Under the pieces are notes generated by a model that worked only from the letters and a program-made list of their open reading frames with translations, did no database searches and was not told the DNA's origin. Of a stretch of 64,000 nt of DNA, positions 37,416 to 48,200 are shown in pieces (position 1 is the stretch's first letter; every line of letters begins with the position of its first letter). Position numbers and translations under genes: made by a program. The stretch lies in NCBI GenBank assembly GCA_965237415.1, contig CBDEFM010000002.1, positions 3,456,001 to 3,520,000 of the forward strand. Reading direction: 5' to 3'. The stretch comes from Alphaproteobacteria bacterium (lineage in GTDB: Bacteria > Pseudomonadota > Alphaproteobacteria > UBA828).

Positions 37416-38444
37416 TCACCCCGCTTGCTCCGCCTCCTGCGCTGCCGAGCCGCCAGCCAACGCGGCGCCGACCTCGGCCGTGATCTCGTATGAACGCAAC
37501 CGCGCGGCGTGGTCGTGGATGTTGGATGTCACCATGATCTCGTCCACGCCGGTCTGCTCGGCAAACGCCCCGAGCCGCTCTGCCACCGTCTCCCGCGTGC
37601 CCGAGGCCGAACAGGTGAACCAGCGTGCGAGAATGGAGCGCTCCTGCGCACCCAGGGTAGCCTCGAACCCGCGCACCGGGCGGGGCAGGGGGCCGGGGGC
37701 GTTCTGATGCAGGTTCAGCACCGATTGCTGGGCCGAGCTCCGCACATAGGCGGCTTCCTCCTCGCTGTCGGCGGCGAAGACGTTGAATCCCGCCATCACA
37801 TAGGGAGCGGCGCACTGTTCCGAGGGGCGGAACTGCTCGCGATAGACCTGGATCGCCTGCATCAGCGCCGCGGGCGCAAAGTGCGAGGCGAAGGCGTAGG
37901 GGAGCCCGAGCGCGGCCGCGAGCTGCGCGCCGAAGAGGCTGGAGCCAAGAATCCAGATCGGCACGTTGAGGCCGGCGCCCGGCACCGCGCGCACGCGCCT
38001 GCCCGGCGGTGTCGGCTGGAAGTAGCTTTGCAGCTCCACCACGTCGCGGGGGAAGTCGTTGACGTCGCCGGTGAGCGTGCGCCTGAGCGCGTGCGAGGTC
38101 ATCTGGTCGGTCCCCGGCGCGCGCCCGATGCCGAGGTCGATGCGCCCCGGATAGAGCGATTCGAGGGTGCCGAACTGCTCGGCGATTACCAGCGGCGCAT
38201 GGTTCGGCAGCATGATACCGCCGGCGCCGACGCGGATGGTCGCGGTTGCGCCCGCGACGTGACCGATCAGCACCGCCGTCGCGGCGCTGCCGATACCCGC
38301 CATGTTGTGATGCTCGGCCAGCCAATAGCGGCGGAAACCCAGGCGCTCGACATGGCGGGCGAGCTCCACCGTGTTGCGGAAGGCCTGCGCCGCATCCGCG
38401 CCTTCAGGGATCGGGGAGAGGTCGAGGATCGAGAGTGCGACCAT
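37416..38444 (-). CDS. LLM-class flavin-dependent oxidoreductase (YhbW-like)
   Basis: [59 protein letters not shown]. Confidence 0.92.
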   Translation of the reverse strand: MVALSILDLSPIPEGADAAQAFRNTVELARHVERLGFRRYWLAEHHNMAGIGSAATAVLIGHVAGATATIRVGAGGIMLPNHAPLVIAEQFGTLESLYPGRIDLGIGRAPGTDQMTSHALRRTLTGDVNDFPRDVVELQSYFQPTPPGRRVRAVPGAGLNVPIWILGSSLFGAQLAAALGLPYAFASHFAPAALMQAIQVYREQFRPSEQCAAPYVMAGFNVFAADSEEEAAYVRSSAQQSVLNLHQNAPGPLPRPVRGFEATLGAQERSILARWFTCSASGTRETVAERLGAFAEQTGVDEIMVTSNIHDHAARLRSYEITAEVGAALAGGSAAQEAEQAG

Positions 38445-38466
38445 GGGCCGGGCGTGGAGTCTCGCG

Positions 38467-40641
38467 TCAGCCGAATGCGCTGCGGCGGCGGGCGCCTTTG
38501 CCCTTGCCTTTGGCCTTGCTGCGCTTTCGGGCCGAGGTGCCGGGCGCACCCTTGCTGCTCCGCCCCCGGCTTCCGGTGTCTCCCGGGCCGCCTCCGCGCC
38601 TGGCACCCTTCAGCTCGAGGTCCTTGTCGTTGAGCCGGCGGATTTCGTCCCGAAGCCGCGCCGCCTCCTCGAACTCCAGATCGGCCGCCGCCGCCTTCAT
38701 GCGCGTTTCCAGGTCCTTGAGATGGGCCTCCAGATTGTGCCCGATGAGGTGCGGGGCCGCCTCGTCGCCGGTCTCGACGGTGACGTGATCGCCGCCGTAC
38801 ACGCTCTCCAGAATGTCGGTGATCGACTTTCGCACGCTCTCCGGCGTGATGCCGTTGGCGACGTTGTAGGCCTGCTGGCGGCTTCGCCGGCGCTCCGTCT
38901 CCGCCAGCGCGTTGCTGAGCGAGTTGGTCATGTGGTCGGCATAGAGGATCACCCGCCCATCGATGTTGCGCGCGGCGCGGCCGATGGTCTGGATCAGCGA
39001 GGTCTGGGAACGCAGGAAGCCCTCCTTGTCGGCGTCCAGGATCGCAACCAGCCCGCATTCCGGGATGTCGAGCCCCTCGCGCAGGAGGTTGATGCCGACC
39101 AGCACGTCGAAGGCGCCGAGGCGCAAATCGCGGATAATCTCGATGCGCTCGATGGTATCGATGTCGGAGTGCAGGTAGCGCACGCGGACGCCCGCTTCGT
39201 GGAGGTATTCGGTCAGGTCCTCGGCCATGCGCTTGGTGAGCGTCGTGACAAGTACCCTGAGCCCCCGGGCGGCGCAGTCCTTGCACTCGGCGATCAGGTC
39301 GTCGACCTGTTGCTCCACCGGACGGACCACGCAGACGGGATCGATCAACCCCGTCGGGCGGATGACCTGCTCGACAAAGGCCCCGCCGGTGCGCTCCAGC
39401 TCCCACGGCCCCGGCGTCGCCGAGACGAAGATGGTCTCCGGCCGCATGGCGTCCCATTCCTCGAACTTGAGCGGCCTGTTGTCGACGCAGGACGGCAGGC
39501 GAAAGCCGAACTCGGCGAGCGTCGATTTGCGCTTGAAATCGCCGCGGAACATGCCGCCCAGCTGGGGCACGGTGACGTGGGATTCGTCGACGATCAGGAG
39601 CGCGTTCTCCGGCAGATACTCCAAGAGGGTCGGCGGCGGCTCGCCCGGATTGCGGCCGGTCAGATAGCGCGAGTAGTTCTCGATCCCGGCGCAGCTGCCG
39701 GTGGCTTCCATCATCTCCAGGTCGAAGAGGGTGCGCTGCTCCAGCCGCTGCGCCTCCAGCAGCTGGCCCTGCGCATTGAATTCCTCCAGCCGCTGGGCAA
39801 GCTCGATCCTGACCTGCTTGATCGCCTGGCGCACGGTCGGGCGCGGCGTGACGTAATGGCTGTTGGGGTAAATGCGCACGCGCACGAGCTTGTCGGTCTT
39901 GGCGCCGGTGAGCGGATCGAACTCGATGATCTCCTCGATCTCGTCGCCAAAGAGCGAGATACGCCAGGCGCGATCCTCGGAATGCGCCGGGAAGATCTCG
40001 ATCACGTCGCCGCGCACGCGGAAGCTGCCGCGCTCCAGCGTCTGGCTGGTGCGGCGGTACTGCAGGTCGATCAGCTTGCGGATGAGCGCTCGCTGGTCGA
40101 CACGCCCCTCCAGCGCCAACGAGACGGCCATCGACGAATAGGTCTCGACCGCGCCGATACCGTAGATGCACGAGACCGAGGCCACGATCACCACGTCGTC
40201 GCGCTCGAGCAACGCCCGTGTCGCGCTGTGGCGCATGCGGTCGATATGTTCGTTGATGGAGGCGTCCTTCTCGATATAAGTATCCGAGCGGGGAACGTAC
40301 GCCTCCGGCTGATAGTAATCGTAGTAGGACACGAAATATTCGACAGAGTTATTCGGGAAGAACTCCTTCATTTCTCCGTAGAGCTGGGCGGCAAGCGTCT
40401 TGTTGTGCGCAAGGATCAGCGTGGGCCGGCCCAGTGCCCGGATCACATGGGTCATAGTGAAGGTCTTTCCCGACCCGGTGACCCCCAGCAATACCTGGTC
40501 GCGCTCACCTTCGCGTATGCCCGCGATCAGCTCCGCGATCGCCTCGGGCTGGTCGCCCGCGGGCTCGAACGCCGAGACGATCTCGAAGGCGCCGCCCCCC
40601 GCTGACCTCCCCTGGTCCGCCGCTTCCGCCGAATGAGCCAT
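38467..40641 (-). CDS. uvrB: Excinuclease ABC subunit B
   Basis: [55 protein letters not shown]. Confidence 0.98.
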   Translation of the reverse strand: MAHSAEAADQGRSAGGGAFEIVSAFEPAGDQPEAIAELIAGIREGERDQVLLGVTGSGKTFTMTHVIRALGRPTLILAHNKTLAAQLYGEMKEFFPNNSVEYFVSYYDYYQPEAYVPRSDTYIEKDASINEHIDRMRHSATRALLERDDVVIVASVSCIYGIGAVETYSSMAVSLALEGRVDQRALIRKLIDLQYRRTSQTLERGSFRVRGDVIEIFPAHSEDRAWRISLFGDEIEEIIEFDPLTGAKTDKLVRVRIYPNSHYVTPRPTVRQAIKQVRIELAQRLEEFNAQGQLLEAQRLEQRTLFDLEMMEATGSCAGIENYSRYLTGRNPGEPPPTLLEYLPENALLIVDESHVTVPQLGGMFRGDFKRKSTLAEFGFRLPSCVDNRPLKFEEWDAMRPETIFVSATPGPWELERTGGAFVEQVIRPTGLIDPVCVVRPVEQQVDDLIAECKDCAARGLRVLVTTLTKRMAEDLTEYLHEAGVRVRYLHSDIDTIERIEIIRDLRLGAFDVLVGINLLREGLDIPECGLVAILDADKEGFLRSQTSLIQTIGRAARNIDGRVILYADHMTNSLSNALAETERRRSRQQAYNVANGITPESVRKSITDILESVYGGDHVTVETGDEAAPHLIGHNLEAHLKDLETRMKAAAADLEFEEAARLRDEIRRLNDKDLELKGARRGGGPGDTGSRGRSSKGAPGTSARKRSKAKGKGKGARRRSAFG

Positions 40642-40762
40642 GGGCGCACTATAGGGGGGCGCCGAGGACGGACGCCAGTGGTCGCGTCAGGGTCCGGTGC
40701 GGTTCTGGACAAACGCCTGCGCCGGGCCGATAGTGCGAGCCGTTTGTTCGTGGAGGATGTGG

Positions 40763-41155
40763 ATGTATCAGAAGGAAACGCGGGCGATCGAGATTACGGT
40801 CAAGCCATTCTATCTGGAGGAGCAGTCCGAGCCCGACGATAGCCATTTCGTGTTCGCCTACCACATCCGGATACAGAACAACGGCCGGGACGTGGTCCAG
40901 CTCCTGAACCGCCACTGGCAGATCACCGACGGCCGCGGCCGCATTCAGGAGGTGCGGGGGCCGGGAGTCGTCGGCGAGCAGCCGGTGCTGCGGCCGGGAG
41001 AGGCATTCGAATACACGAGCGGCTGCCCGCTCAACACCGCGACCGGGATCATGGTCGGCACTTATCAGATGGAAACGCTGGACGGCGAGCGCTTTGATGT
41101 GGATATTCCGGCATTCTCGCTCGACACGCCGGATGCGCCCGTACAGCTTAACTGA
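40763..41155 (+). CDS. apaG: ApaG protein
   Basis: [37 protein letters not shown]. Confidence 0.95.
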   Translation: MYQKETRAIEITVKPFYLEEQSEPDDSHFVFAYHIRIQNNGRDVVQLLNRHWQITDGRGRIQEVRGPGVVGEQPVLRPGEAFEYTSGCPLNTATGIMVGTYQMETLDGERFDVDIPAFSLDTPDAPVQLN

Positions 41156-41223
41156 GGCCGCGCAGCCGCCGGCACGCTGACCAGACAACCGACGACGCCC
41201 GGACCGCCCCGCGGCGGCCCCGC

Positions 41224-41266
41224 GGCACCGTACAACCGGCCTGGGGCCGGAGAAGGGAGACCACCC
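41224..41266 (+). promoter_or_regulatory. Candidate divergent THF-II (folE-motif) riboswitch
   Basis: ACCGTACAAC-CGGCC-tgg-GGCCG-...-GGGAG (SD) immediately 5' of folE; resembles the remembered CCGUUCAAC...hairpin...GGGAG layout but imperfectly. Confidence 0.4.
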
Positions 41267-41917
41267 GTGGACGACAGCCAGCTCGCGCCCGTAGCCGGCG
41301 CCGATGACAACGCGCCCCAGGGAGCCGGCGGGCGACCGACGAGGGAAGAGGCCGAGCAGGCGGTGCGCGTGCTGCTCCGTTGGGCCGGCGACAACCCCGA
41401 GCGCGAGGGGCTGCTCGATACGCCCAAGCGGGTCGCGCGCGCCTACGAGGAGTATTTTGTGGGCTACGGCCAGGACCCCTATGCGATCCTGCGTCGCACG
41501 TTCGAGGAGACAAACGGCTACGACGAGATGGTCGTTCTCCGCGACATCGATTTCCGGTCGCATTGTGAGCACCATGTGGCGCCGATCGTCGGCCGTGCCC
41601 ACATCGGCTATCTGCCGGACCACCGCGTGGTCGGGATCAGCAAGCTCGCTCGCGTGGTCGATGTGTTCGCCCGGCGCCTGCAGATTCAGGAGAAGCTGAC
41701 CGCCGAGATCGCCGATTCCATCGAGTCGGTCCTGCAGCCGCGCGGCGTCGGGGTCGTGATCGAGGCGGCGCACCACTGCATGACGACGCGCGGCGTCTCC
41801 AAGGAGGGAGTCCTCATGGTGACGAGCCGGATGCTCGGCGCGTTTCGCACGGATTCGAAGACCCGCCGCGAGTTTCTCAGCATGATCGGGAACCCGGCGG
41901 CCTCGGTGCCGCGTTAG
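41267..41917 (+). CDS. folE: GTP cyclohydrolase I
   Basis: [38 protein letters not shown]. Confidence 0.97.
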   Translation: MDDSQLAPVAGADDNAPQGAGGRPTREEAEQAVRVLLRWAGDNPEREGLLDTPKRVARAYEEYFVGYGQDPYAILRRTFEETNGYDEMVVLRDIDFRSHCEHHVAPIVGRAHIGYLPDHRVVGISKLARVVDVFARRLQIQEKLTAEIADSIESVLQPRGVGVVIEAAHHCMTTRGVSKEGVLMVTSRMLGAFRTDSKTRREFLSMIGNPAASVPR

Positions 41918-41966
41918 GCCGCCCGGCCCGGCCGCATCGCCGGGCTAAGGCTTCGAACGCCGTTCG

Positions 41967-43424
41967 ATGGGCTCGGTCAGGGATTTTCGGCCAGTTCTCT
42001 TCGTCGTCGGCATTCTGCTGATTACGCTCTCGCTCGCGATGGTGCTGCCCGCCATCGCCGACGGGGTGACCGCGAACCCGCACTGGCGGGTGTTTCTCGT
42101 TGCGAGCGTCTTTACCCTCTTCATCGGCACCTGCCTGGTGCTCTCCAACAAAATGCGGGAGCCGCGACTGACGGTGCGTCAGGCCTTCGTGCTCACCACC
42201 GTGAGCTGGATCGTCGTCGCCGCCTTCGCCGCCCTGCCGTTCGCCTTTTCCGACCTCAACTTGAGTTATACCGACGCCTATTTCGAGGCGATGTCGGGGC
42301 TCACCACGACGGGATCTACGGTCATCGTCGGGCTCGACGAGGCGCCGCCCGGCATCCTCCTGTGGCGCGCGCTGCTGCAATGGCTCGGCGGCATCGGCAT
42401 CATCGTCACAGCCATCGCGATCCTGCCGATGCTTAGGGTCGGCGGCATGCAGCTCTTCCACACCGAATCGTCCGACAGCTCCGAGAAGGTGCTGCCCCGC
42501 GCGGCCCAGCTCGCCGGGGCCATCGGGATGATCTACCTCGGGCTCACGATCAGCAACGGAATCGCCTACTGGGCCGCCGGCATGACGCCGTTCGAAGCGG
42601 TGTGCCATTCGATGACGACCATCGCCACCGGCGGCTTCTCCACCTCGGACGATTCGCTCGGCCACTTCGGCAACGATGCAATCGAAGGCATCGCCACCGT
42701 CTACATGGTGCTGGGTTCGCTGCCCTTCGTGCTCTATCTCCAGGCCGCGCGCGGCGGCTGGGGCGCATTGGCGCGCGACACGCAGGTGCGCTGGTTCTTC
42801 GGGCTGATCCTGTTCGCCCTGCTTTCTCTCGCGGGCTGGCAGATGGTGGCTAACGAGGCCGCTGTAACCGACGCCTTCCGCGAGGCTGCCTTCAACGGCA
42901 TCTCGATATTGACAGGAACCGGCTATTCCACGGCCGATTTCTCGGCCTGGGGCACGTTCGCGCTGCCCGTCTTCACGCTCCTCATGTTCATCGGCGGCTG
43001 CACCGGCGCCACCACGGGCGGCGTGAAGGTCTTCCGAATCCAGGTCCTGGCATCGACGTCCCTGCTTCAGATCCGTCAACTCATCCAACCCCACGGCGTC
43101 TTCATCAGCAAGTTCAACCGACGGCCGATTCCTGAAAGCGTGCCGCCGGCGGTGATGGGGTTCTTCTTCCTGTTCGTGGTGAGCTTTGGGCTGATCGCCA
43201 TGGGGTTGGCGCTGATGGGCCTCGACTATGTAACCAGCATCAGCGGCGCGGCCACGGCAATCGCCAACGTCGGCCCCGGCCTCGGCGAGACCATTGGCCC
43301 CTCCGGCACCTTCCAGCCTTTGCCGAAGCCGGCGAAATGGCTGCTGTCGGCCGCCATGCTGCTCGGCCGGCTCGAGCTCTTCACAGTGCTGGTGCTGTTC
43401 GTCCCCCGCTTCTGGCGGGACTGA
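41967..43424 (+). CDS. trkH: TrkH potassium uptake membrane protein
   Basis: FEAMSGLTTTG, QWLGGIG, ATGGFST, TGTGY, GGCTGATTGG.K, ANVGPG, GRLEL. Confidence 0.95.
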   Translation: MGSVRDFRPVLFVVGILLITLSLAMVLPAIADGVTANPHWRVFLVASVFTLFIGTCLVLSNKMREPRLTVRQAFVLTTVSWIVVAAFAALPFAFSDLNLSYTDAYFEAMSGLTTTGSTVIVGLDEAPPGILLWRALLQWLGGIGIIVTAIAILPMLRVGGMQLFHTESSDSSEKVLPRAAQLAGAIGMIYLGLTISNGIAYWAAGMTPFEAVCHSMTTIATGGFSTSDDSLGHFGNDAIEGIATVYMVLGSLPFVLYLQAARGGWGALARDTQVRWFFGLILFALLSLAGWQMVANEAAVTDAFREAAFNGISILTGTGYSTADFSAWGTFALPVFTLLMFIGGCTGATTGGVKVFRIQVLASTSLLQIRQLIQPHGVFISKFNRRPIPESVPPAVMGFFFLFVVSFGLIAMGLALMGLDYVTSISGAATAIANVGPGLGETIGPSGTFQPLPKPAKWLLSAAMLLGRLELFTVLVLFVPRFWRD

Positions 43425-43458
43425 GAAGGGCAAGGGGGCCGGGTCAGCCCGCTCAAGG

Positions 43459-43660
43459 CCCCGGACCATGGTGCGCTGCTCGGCGCGCGCCGGCTGCGCC
43501 GGTATCGCGCCATGCAGCGCAATACCGAACAGGCCTCGGCAGGCGGAGGCAAGATGAGTGGGCGCTTCTCGGCTGGGCAGCCGCCGCCCGTCCCGCGGAA
43601 TCCCACCGAATCCCACCGAATCCCGCTTCGAATTAAAGAATGTGGCAGCGTCCCGCGTTC
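43459..43660 (+). repeat. Dispersed intergenic element, copy B (hairpin plus 10-bp-phased TCCC array)
   Basis: Homologous to 37112-37325; TCCC at 43591, 43601, 43611, 43621 (GAATCCCACC tandem unit). Confidence 0.75.
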
Positions 43661-43751
43661 CCGCGCGACATGTTCCCGCGCGCGAACGCGCCGCATGTAC
43701 CCGCGCGCGGGAGCGCGCGACGCAGGCCGTGGCCGAGGTGAGAGTTTCGGG

Positions 43752-44504
43752 TCAGCCCTTCTCCGCCAACATGCCGCCGTCCACCGGCAGCACGTGGCCG
43801 GTGACGAAGCTCGCCTTGTCCGAGAGCAGCCAGACCACCGCGTCGGCGACCTCCTCGGGCCGGCCGATCCGCCCCATCGGCACGCGGCCCGATGCTTTGG
43901 AGGGATCGTTGTCCCAGCCGCGCAGCAGGAGCGGCGTCAGGATCGGCCCCGGTGCCACCGCGTTCACCCGGATGCCGTCCTTCGCATAATCGAGCGCCGC
44001 CGCTCTGGTCATGCCGGAGACCGCGTGCTTCGCGGTCATGTACGGCGACCAGAGCGGGTAGGCGGCAAGCCCCCACATGGAGCCGGCATTGACGATCGAC
44101 CCGCCGCCCGACTCCAGCATCGCCGGGATCTCCGCCTGCATGCAGAGGTAGACGCCCTCGATCATGACCGCGAAGACGTGCTGGACGGCGGCCATGTCCT
44201 GCTCCGCCAGCAGAGCCTGGGGGCCTTCGATGCCGGCGTTGTTGTAGGCAAGGTCGAGCCGGCCGAATTCGCTGAGCGTCTTGTCGACGAGGGCCTCGAC
44301 CTGATCCGCCTCGGCGACGTCGGTGCGCAGGAAGGCCGCCTGGCCGCCGGCTTCGCGGACCTCGGCGGCCACGGCCTCGCCGCCGGACTCGTCGATATCG
44401 GCGACCAGCACCGCCGCGCCCTCGGCGGCCAGCGCCCGCACCGTCGCCTGCCCAATGCCCGAGCCGCCGCCGGTCACGATCGCTACGCGCTCCGACAACA
44501 TCAT
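43752..44504 (-). CDS. Short-chain dehydrogenase/reductase (SDR)
   Basis: TGGGSGIG, NNAG, YMTAK, VNAVAPG, VDGG. Confidence 0.93.
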   Translation of the reverse strand: MMLSERVAIVTGGGSGIGQATVRALAAEGAAVLVADIDESGGEAVAAEVREAGGQAAFLRTDVAEADQVEALVDKTLSEFGRLDLAYNNAGIEGPQALLAEQDMAAVQHVFAVMIEGVYLCMQAEIPAMLESGGGSIVNAGSMWGLAAYPLWSPYMTAKHAVSGMTRAAALDYAKDGIRVNAVAPGPILTPLLLRGWDNDPSKASGRVPMGRIGRPEEVADAVVWLLSDKASFVTGHVLPVDGGMLAEKG

Positions 44505-44533
44505 CGCTGTGTCCTCCCCATCAGAGCCTCCCG

Positions 44534-45523
44534 TCAGCCCGCCGGATCGATGACCCGGTCGGGCGGATTGTGCCCGTCGGCAAACGTCTGAATATTGATC
44601 AGCACCTTCTCGCCCATATCGCGGCGCCCTTCGATCGTGGCCGAGCCGATGTGAGGGAGCGCCACCACATTGTCGAGCGTGAGCAGCTTCGGCGTAACGA
44701 CGGGCTCGTTCTCGTACACGTCGAGGCCGGCGCCCCCGATCCTGCCGGCGTCGAGCAGGCGCACCAGTGCTGCCTCGTCGATGGCGTGGCCGCGCGAGGT
44801 GTTGATGACGTAGGCTTGCGGGCGCAGCAGGCTGAGCCGCCGGGCCGACAGCAGGTGATAGGTGGCCGGCGTGCTCGGGCAGTGAATCGAGACAAAATCC
44901 ATATGCGCCAGCATCTGGTCCAGGCTCTGCCACCACGTCGCCTCGAGCTCGGCCTCGGTCTCGCCGTCGAGACGGTTCCGGTTGTGGTAGTGGATGGAGA
45001 GGCCGAAGCCCCGCGCCCGGCGGGCGACCGCCTGGCCGATCCGCCCCATGCCGATGATGCCGAGGCGCTTGCCCCAGATCCGGTGGCCCAGCATGGTGGT
45101 CGGCGCCCATCCCTGCCAGTCGCCGCCGCGCAGCAGCCGTTCGCCCTCGGAAAGCCGGCGCGGCACCGCGAGGATCAGCGCCATCGTCATGTCCGCCGTG
45201 TCCTCGGTCAGCACGCCCGGCGTGTTGGTCACCAGGATTCCGCGCTCTCTGGCCGCGGCGAGGTCGATATGATCGACGCCGGTTCCGAAGCTCGCGATCA
45301 GCTTCAGGTCAGGGCCGGCCTGGCCGATGAGGTCGCCATCGATCGTGTCCGTCACCGTCGGCACGAACACGTCGGCCTCCGCCACGGCTTGCGCCAGGGC
45401 CTCACGGTCCAGCGGCCGATCGTCCTCATTGAGTCGGGTGTCGAAAAGCTCCATCATGCGCGCCTCGATCTCCCGGGGGAGACGCCGCGTCACGATCACC
45501 TTGAGCTTTCTGCCAGGCCTCAT
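44534..45523 (-). CDS. D-glycerate/glyoxylate reductase (D-2-hydroxyacid dehydrogenase family)
   Basis: VTNTPGVLTEDTAD, GIIGMGRIG, INTSRG, GLDVYENEP, LPHIGSAT. Confidence 0.93.
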   Translation of the reverse strand: MRPGRKLKVIVTRRLPREIEARMMELFDTRLNEDDRPLDREALAQAVAEADVFVPTVTDTIDGDLIGQAGPDLKLIASFGTGVDHIDLAAARERGILVTNTPGVLTEDTADMTMALILAVPRRLSEGERLLRGGDWQGWAPTTMLGHRIWGKRLGIIGMGRIGQAVARRARGFGLSIHYHNRNRLDGETEAELEATWWQSLDQMLAHMDFVSIHCPSTPATYHLLSARRLSLLRPQAYVINTSRGHAIDEAALVRLLDAGRIGGAGLDVYENEPVVTPKLLTLDNVVALPHIGSATIEGRRDMGEKVLINIQTFADGHNPPDRVIDPAG

Positions 45524-45591
45524 CGACCCTCCGCGCACGGTTCGGCGGGCTCGACCCGACCGCAACAGGCAGCCTGTTTAGCAAACGCCCC

Positions 45592-46194
45592 ATGGCGACT
45601 CAATCTGCCGCGCGGGCTCCGAGGCCCACCATGACCGCCCGTCGATACCGCCACCGCGAAAATATGCCGCCGGGGTTTGGCCCTCGTGTGTCGGCGCGCT
45701 TCTTCGCGGCCGCCCGCGCGGCCGCCCTTGTCGCGGCGCTGGCGATGCTTCTCGGCGCAGTCGCCGCGCTTGCGGGACCCGAGGCTCGCGCCCAAGACGG
45801 CGAGCGCTTCGTCTCTCTCAAGGCGGAGCGCGCCAATCTCCGGGTCGGCCCCGGCCGGCGTTATCCCATCGAATGGGTCTACACGCGCCCGGGCCTGCCG
45901 CTGCTCGTGATCGCGCACTTCGATCAATGGCGCTGGGTGCGCGATCACGAAGGGACGAAGGGCTGGATGCACAAGTCGCTGCTGTCGACGCACCGTACGG
46001 CCCTGATCATGGGCGGAGTGCAGACCATACGGGAGCGCCCGTTGAACGGCTCGCCGGCGGTGCTGCGGGCCGAGGCAGGCGTCATCGCCGATCTGCTCGG
46101 CTGCGAGGACGGCTGGTGCCGCATCGCGCTCGCCGGCGAGGAGGGTTGGGTACCCGAGAACGCCCTCTGGGGCGTGCGTCCGCCGGCACCCTGA
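45592..46194 (+). CDS. Periplasmic tandem SH3-domain protein (start may be downstream)
   Basis: RFVSLK...NLRVGPG..YPIEWVY, WRWVRD..G..GW, GWCRI...EGWV...LWGV; divergent from the glycerate dehydrogenase as in other alphaproteobacteria. Confidence 0.85.
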   Translation: MATQSAARAPRPTMTARRYRHRENMPPGFGPRVSARFFAAARAAALVAALAMLLGAVAALAGPEARAQDGERFVSLKAERANLRVGPGRRYPIEWVYTRPGLPLLVIAHFDQWRWVRDHEGTKGWMHKSLLSTHRTALIMGGVQTIRERPLNGSPAVLRAEAGVIADLLGCEDGWCRIALAGEEGWVPENALWGVRPPAP

Positions 46195-46218
46195 CGGCGG
46201 GGAACGGGGGAGCGGCGC

Positions 46219-46827
46219 TCAGCCGGTCCCCTCGTCCAGGTCTTCGGCCAAGACGGTGCGGGTCTCCTCCGGCATGATGGCGAGGTGGCCGTAAGCGGGG
46301 TGATCGATACCCAACAGGACGCGCGCGCCCGGCGTGCGGAACGCTGCGGCCACCGCCGGCGGGAAGGGGAAGCGGAGAAAATGAATCGAGGAAGTCTTGC
46401 CGTCCTCGCTCGTCCGCGCGACCTCGTCCTCGATCGGCTGTGCCGCGACGGCGGTACCGCCGACCTCGAGCCTGATGGTGTCCTCGATCCCGGCCAGTCG
46501 ATAGAGCTCGCGCTCCCGGCGCGTGGGGTCGTCGATCTCCAGCATGAGCGTCGCGATCAGCGCGTCGCCGCGCGGGATCAACGGATTGTAGGCCTCGAGC
46601 TCACCCGCGACCTGCTCCTCGCCGCCGCGCTCGATGTGGAGCATCTCGTGTACCTGCATCCACATGGTCTCGTAGCACTCGAAATGGAATGTCGCGAAGG
46701 GGCCGACGGCGAGCCTGCGGTGGCGCTTCAGCGCCGCGATGGCGGCGCGCTTCGCCGCCCGGACCTTGGCATAGTCCGCCATGTCCATGATGTCGGCGCG
46801 GGTGAGCGCGCGGCGCGGGCTGGTCAT
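46219..46827 (-). CDS. DUF3501 family protein
   Basis: VGPFATFHFE, QVHEML.IERGG, ELEAYNPLIP, TSSIHFLRF, IDHPAYGH. Confidence 0.88.
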   Translation of the reverse strand: MTSPRRALTRADIMDMADYAKVRAAKRAAIAALKRHRRLAVGPFATFHFECYETMWMQVHEMLHIERGGEEQVAGELEAYNPLIPRGDALIATLMLEIDDPTRRERELYRLAGIEDTIRLEVGGTAVAAQPIEDEVARTSEDGKTSSIHFLRFPFPPAVAAAFRTPGARVLLGIDHPAYGHLAIMPEETRTVLAEDLDEGTG

Positions 46828-46828
46828 T

Positions 46829-48187
46829 TCAGGCGAGGCCGTAGGCGCGGGCCAGCAGCTCGATCGGGTGGTGGGCGCGGCCGGCAGCAGGGGCACCGTC
46901 GGTCGGATCGCCGTCCTTGGCTGCCTGGCGGGCTATCCCGTTCACGATATGCGCGCCGGCGAGCGGGCACTCCGAAGCGAGATAGGGTTTCGCTGCCTCT
47001 CGTGCCCGTCGTGCCGTCGTCCGGCCGACCTTCAGCGCGGTCTCGTGGAAGCCCTTGGTGACGCCGATGGAACCGCCGTGGCCGGAGCAGCGCTCGATGA
47101 TGGAGACCTCGGTCTCCGGCACGAGCGCCAGCATGTCCGCCGACTTGCGCCCCACATTCTGGGCCCGCTCGTGGCACGGGAGATGGAGCGTGATGCCGCC
47201 GTCGATGGGGGCGAGCCCCGGCGCCAGCCCCTCCGAGCGAGCGATGCCGACGACATACTCGCAGATGTCATGGCTGTGCTCGGCGAGACGCTTGACCGCA
47301 GGGTCGTCCGGCAGGATCAGCGGCCATTCGAGCTTGAGCATGAGCGCGCAGCTCGCCACCAGGGCGATGACGTCGTAGCCTCGGTCGATCCACTCGCTGA
47401 GCGCCGCCGCCGTGTGCCGCGCGCCCTCCGCGACGCGCTCGATATCCCCCTCCTCGAGCTGTGGCATGCCGCAGCAGCGGGGGTAGACGACCGCGGTCTC
47501 GACACCATTGTGCGCCAATACCTTGCGGGCCGCCGCGCCGACCTCCGGCTGGTTGTAGTTGGCGAAACAGGTCGCATAGAGAACCACCTTGCGCCCGGCC
47601 GCAGGCGCCTGCCGATTGACCGCAGGCGAGGCCTTGGTCGCGCGGTCGAGCAGGGTGCGGCGGTGGTAGCGCGGCAGCGGCGCCTCCTTGTGAACGCCCG
47701 CGACGGCCTCCAGCAACGGCCGGGTGAGGCCGTTACCTTGGGCGGAGGCCCAGTTCATCACCGGCGCCAGCGTGCGGGCGAGGCGGCCGTTCTTGTCGGT
47801 CTCGGCGAGCCGCTTGGATGCGGTGGTATGGCGCCGGCCCGCGCGGCGGTCGGCGGCGCGGTGGCGCAGCATGAGATGGGGAAAGTCGACGTTCCACTCG
47901 TGCGGCGGCGTATAGGGGCACATGGTCATGAAACACATGTCGCAGAGCGTGCAGGCGTCCACGACCGACTTGAAGCCGGAGGAATCGACCGAATCCATCT
48001 CGCCCGTCTCGGACTCGTCGATCAGGTCGAACAGGCGCGGAAAGGAATCGCAGAGGCTGAAGCAGCGCCGGCAGCCGTGGCAGATGTCGAAGACCCGGCG
48101 CGTTTCCCGCTCAAGCGCCGCGCTGTCGTAGAATTCGGGGTTTCGCCAGTCTATCGGATGGCGGAAGGGCGCGCCCTCGTCGGCCAT
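46829..48187 (-). CDS. Fe-S oxidoreductase (GlpC/HdrD-like, CCG domains; rubrerythrin-associated type)
   Basis: RHPIDW, DICHGCRRCFSLC, CTLCDMCF..CPY, CCGMP, CSGHGG, SECPLA. Confidence 0.88.
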   Translation of the reverse strand: MADEGAPFRHPIDWRNPEFYDSAALERETRRVFDICHGCRRCFSLCDSFPRLFDLIDESETGEMDSVDSSGFKSVVDACTLCDMCFMTMCPYTPPHEWNVDFPHLMLRHRAADRRAGRRHTTASKRLAETDKNGRLARTLAPVMNWASAQGNGLTRPLLEAVAGVHKEAPLPRYHRRTLLDRATKASPAVNRQAPAAGRKVVLYATCFANYNQPEVGAAARKVLAHNGVETAVVYPRCCGMPQLEEGDIERVAEGARHTAAALSEWIDRGYDVIALVASCALMLKLEWPLILPDDPAVKRLAEHSHDICEYVVGIARSEGLAPGLAPIDGGITLHLPCHERAQNVGRKSADMLALVPETEVSIIERCSGHGGSIGVTKGFHETALKVGRTTARRAREAAKPYLASECPLAGAHIVNGIARQAAKDGDPTDGAPAAGRAHHPIELLARAYGLA

Positions 48188-48200
48188 CGAGACGGCAGTG

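Noticed and set aside
37112-43520. Shared minus-strand peptide (CMAR...APWSG) in both repeat copies as a conserved small protein
   Set aside because: Similarity is confined to the hairpin arms; surrounding frames, starts and stops are unrelated
37247-43630. TCCC tandem arrays as a CRISPR array or replication iterons
   Set aside because: Units are only 10 bp with no unique spacers; no cas or rep gene nearby
43657-43675. GTTC...GTTC as a LexA box in repeat copy B
   Set aside because: Spacer is 11 nt rather than 7
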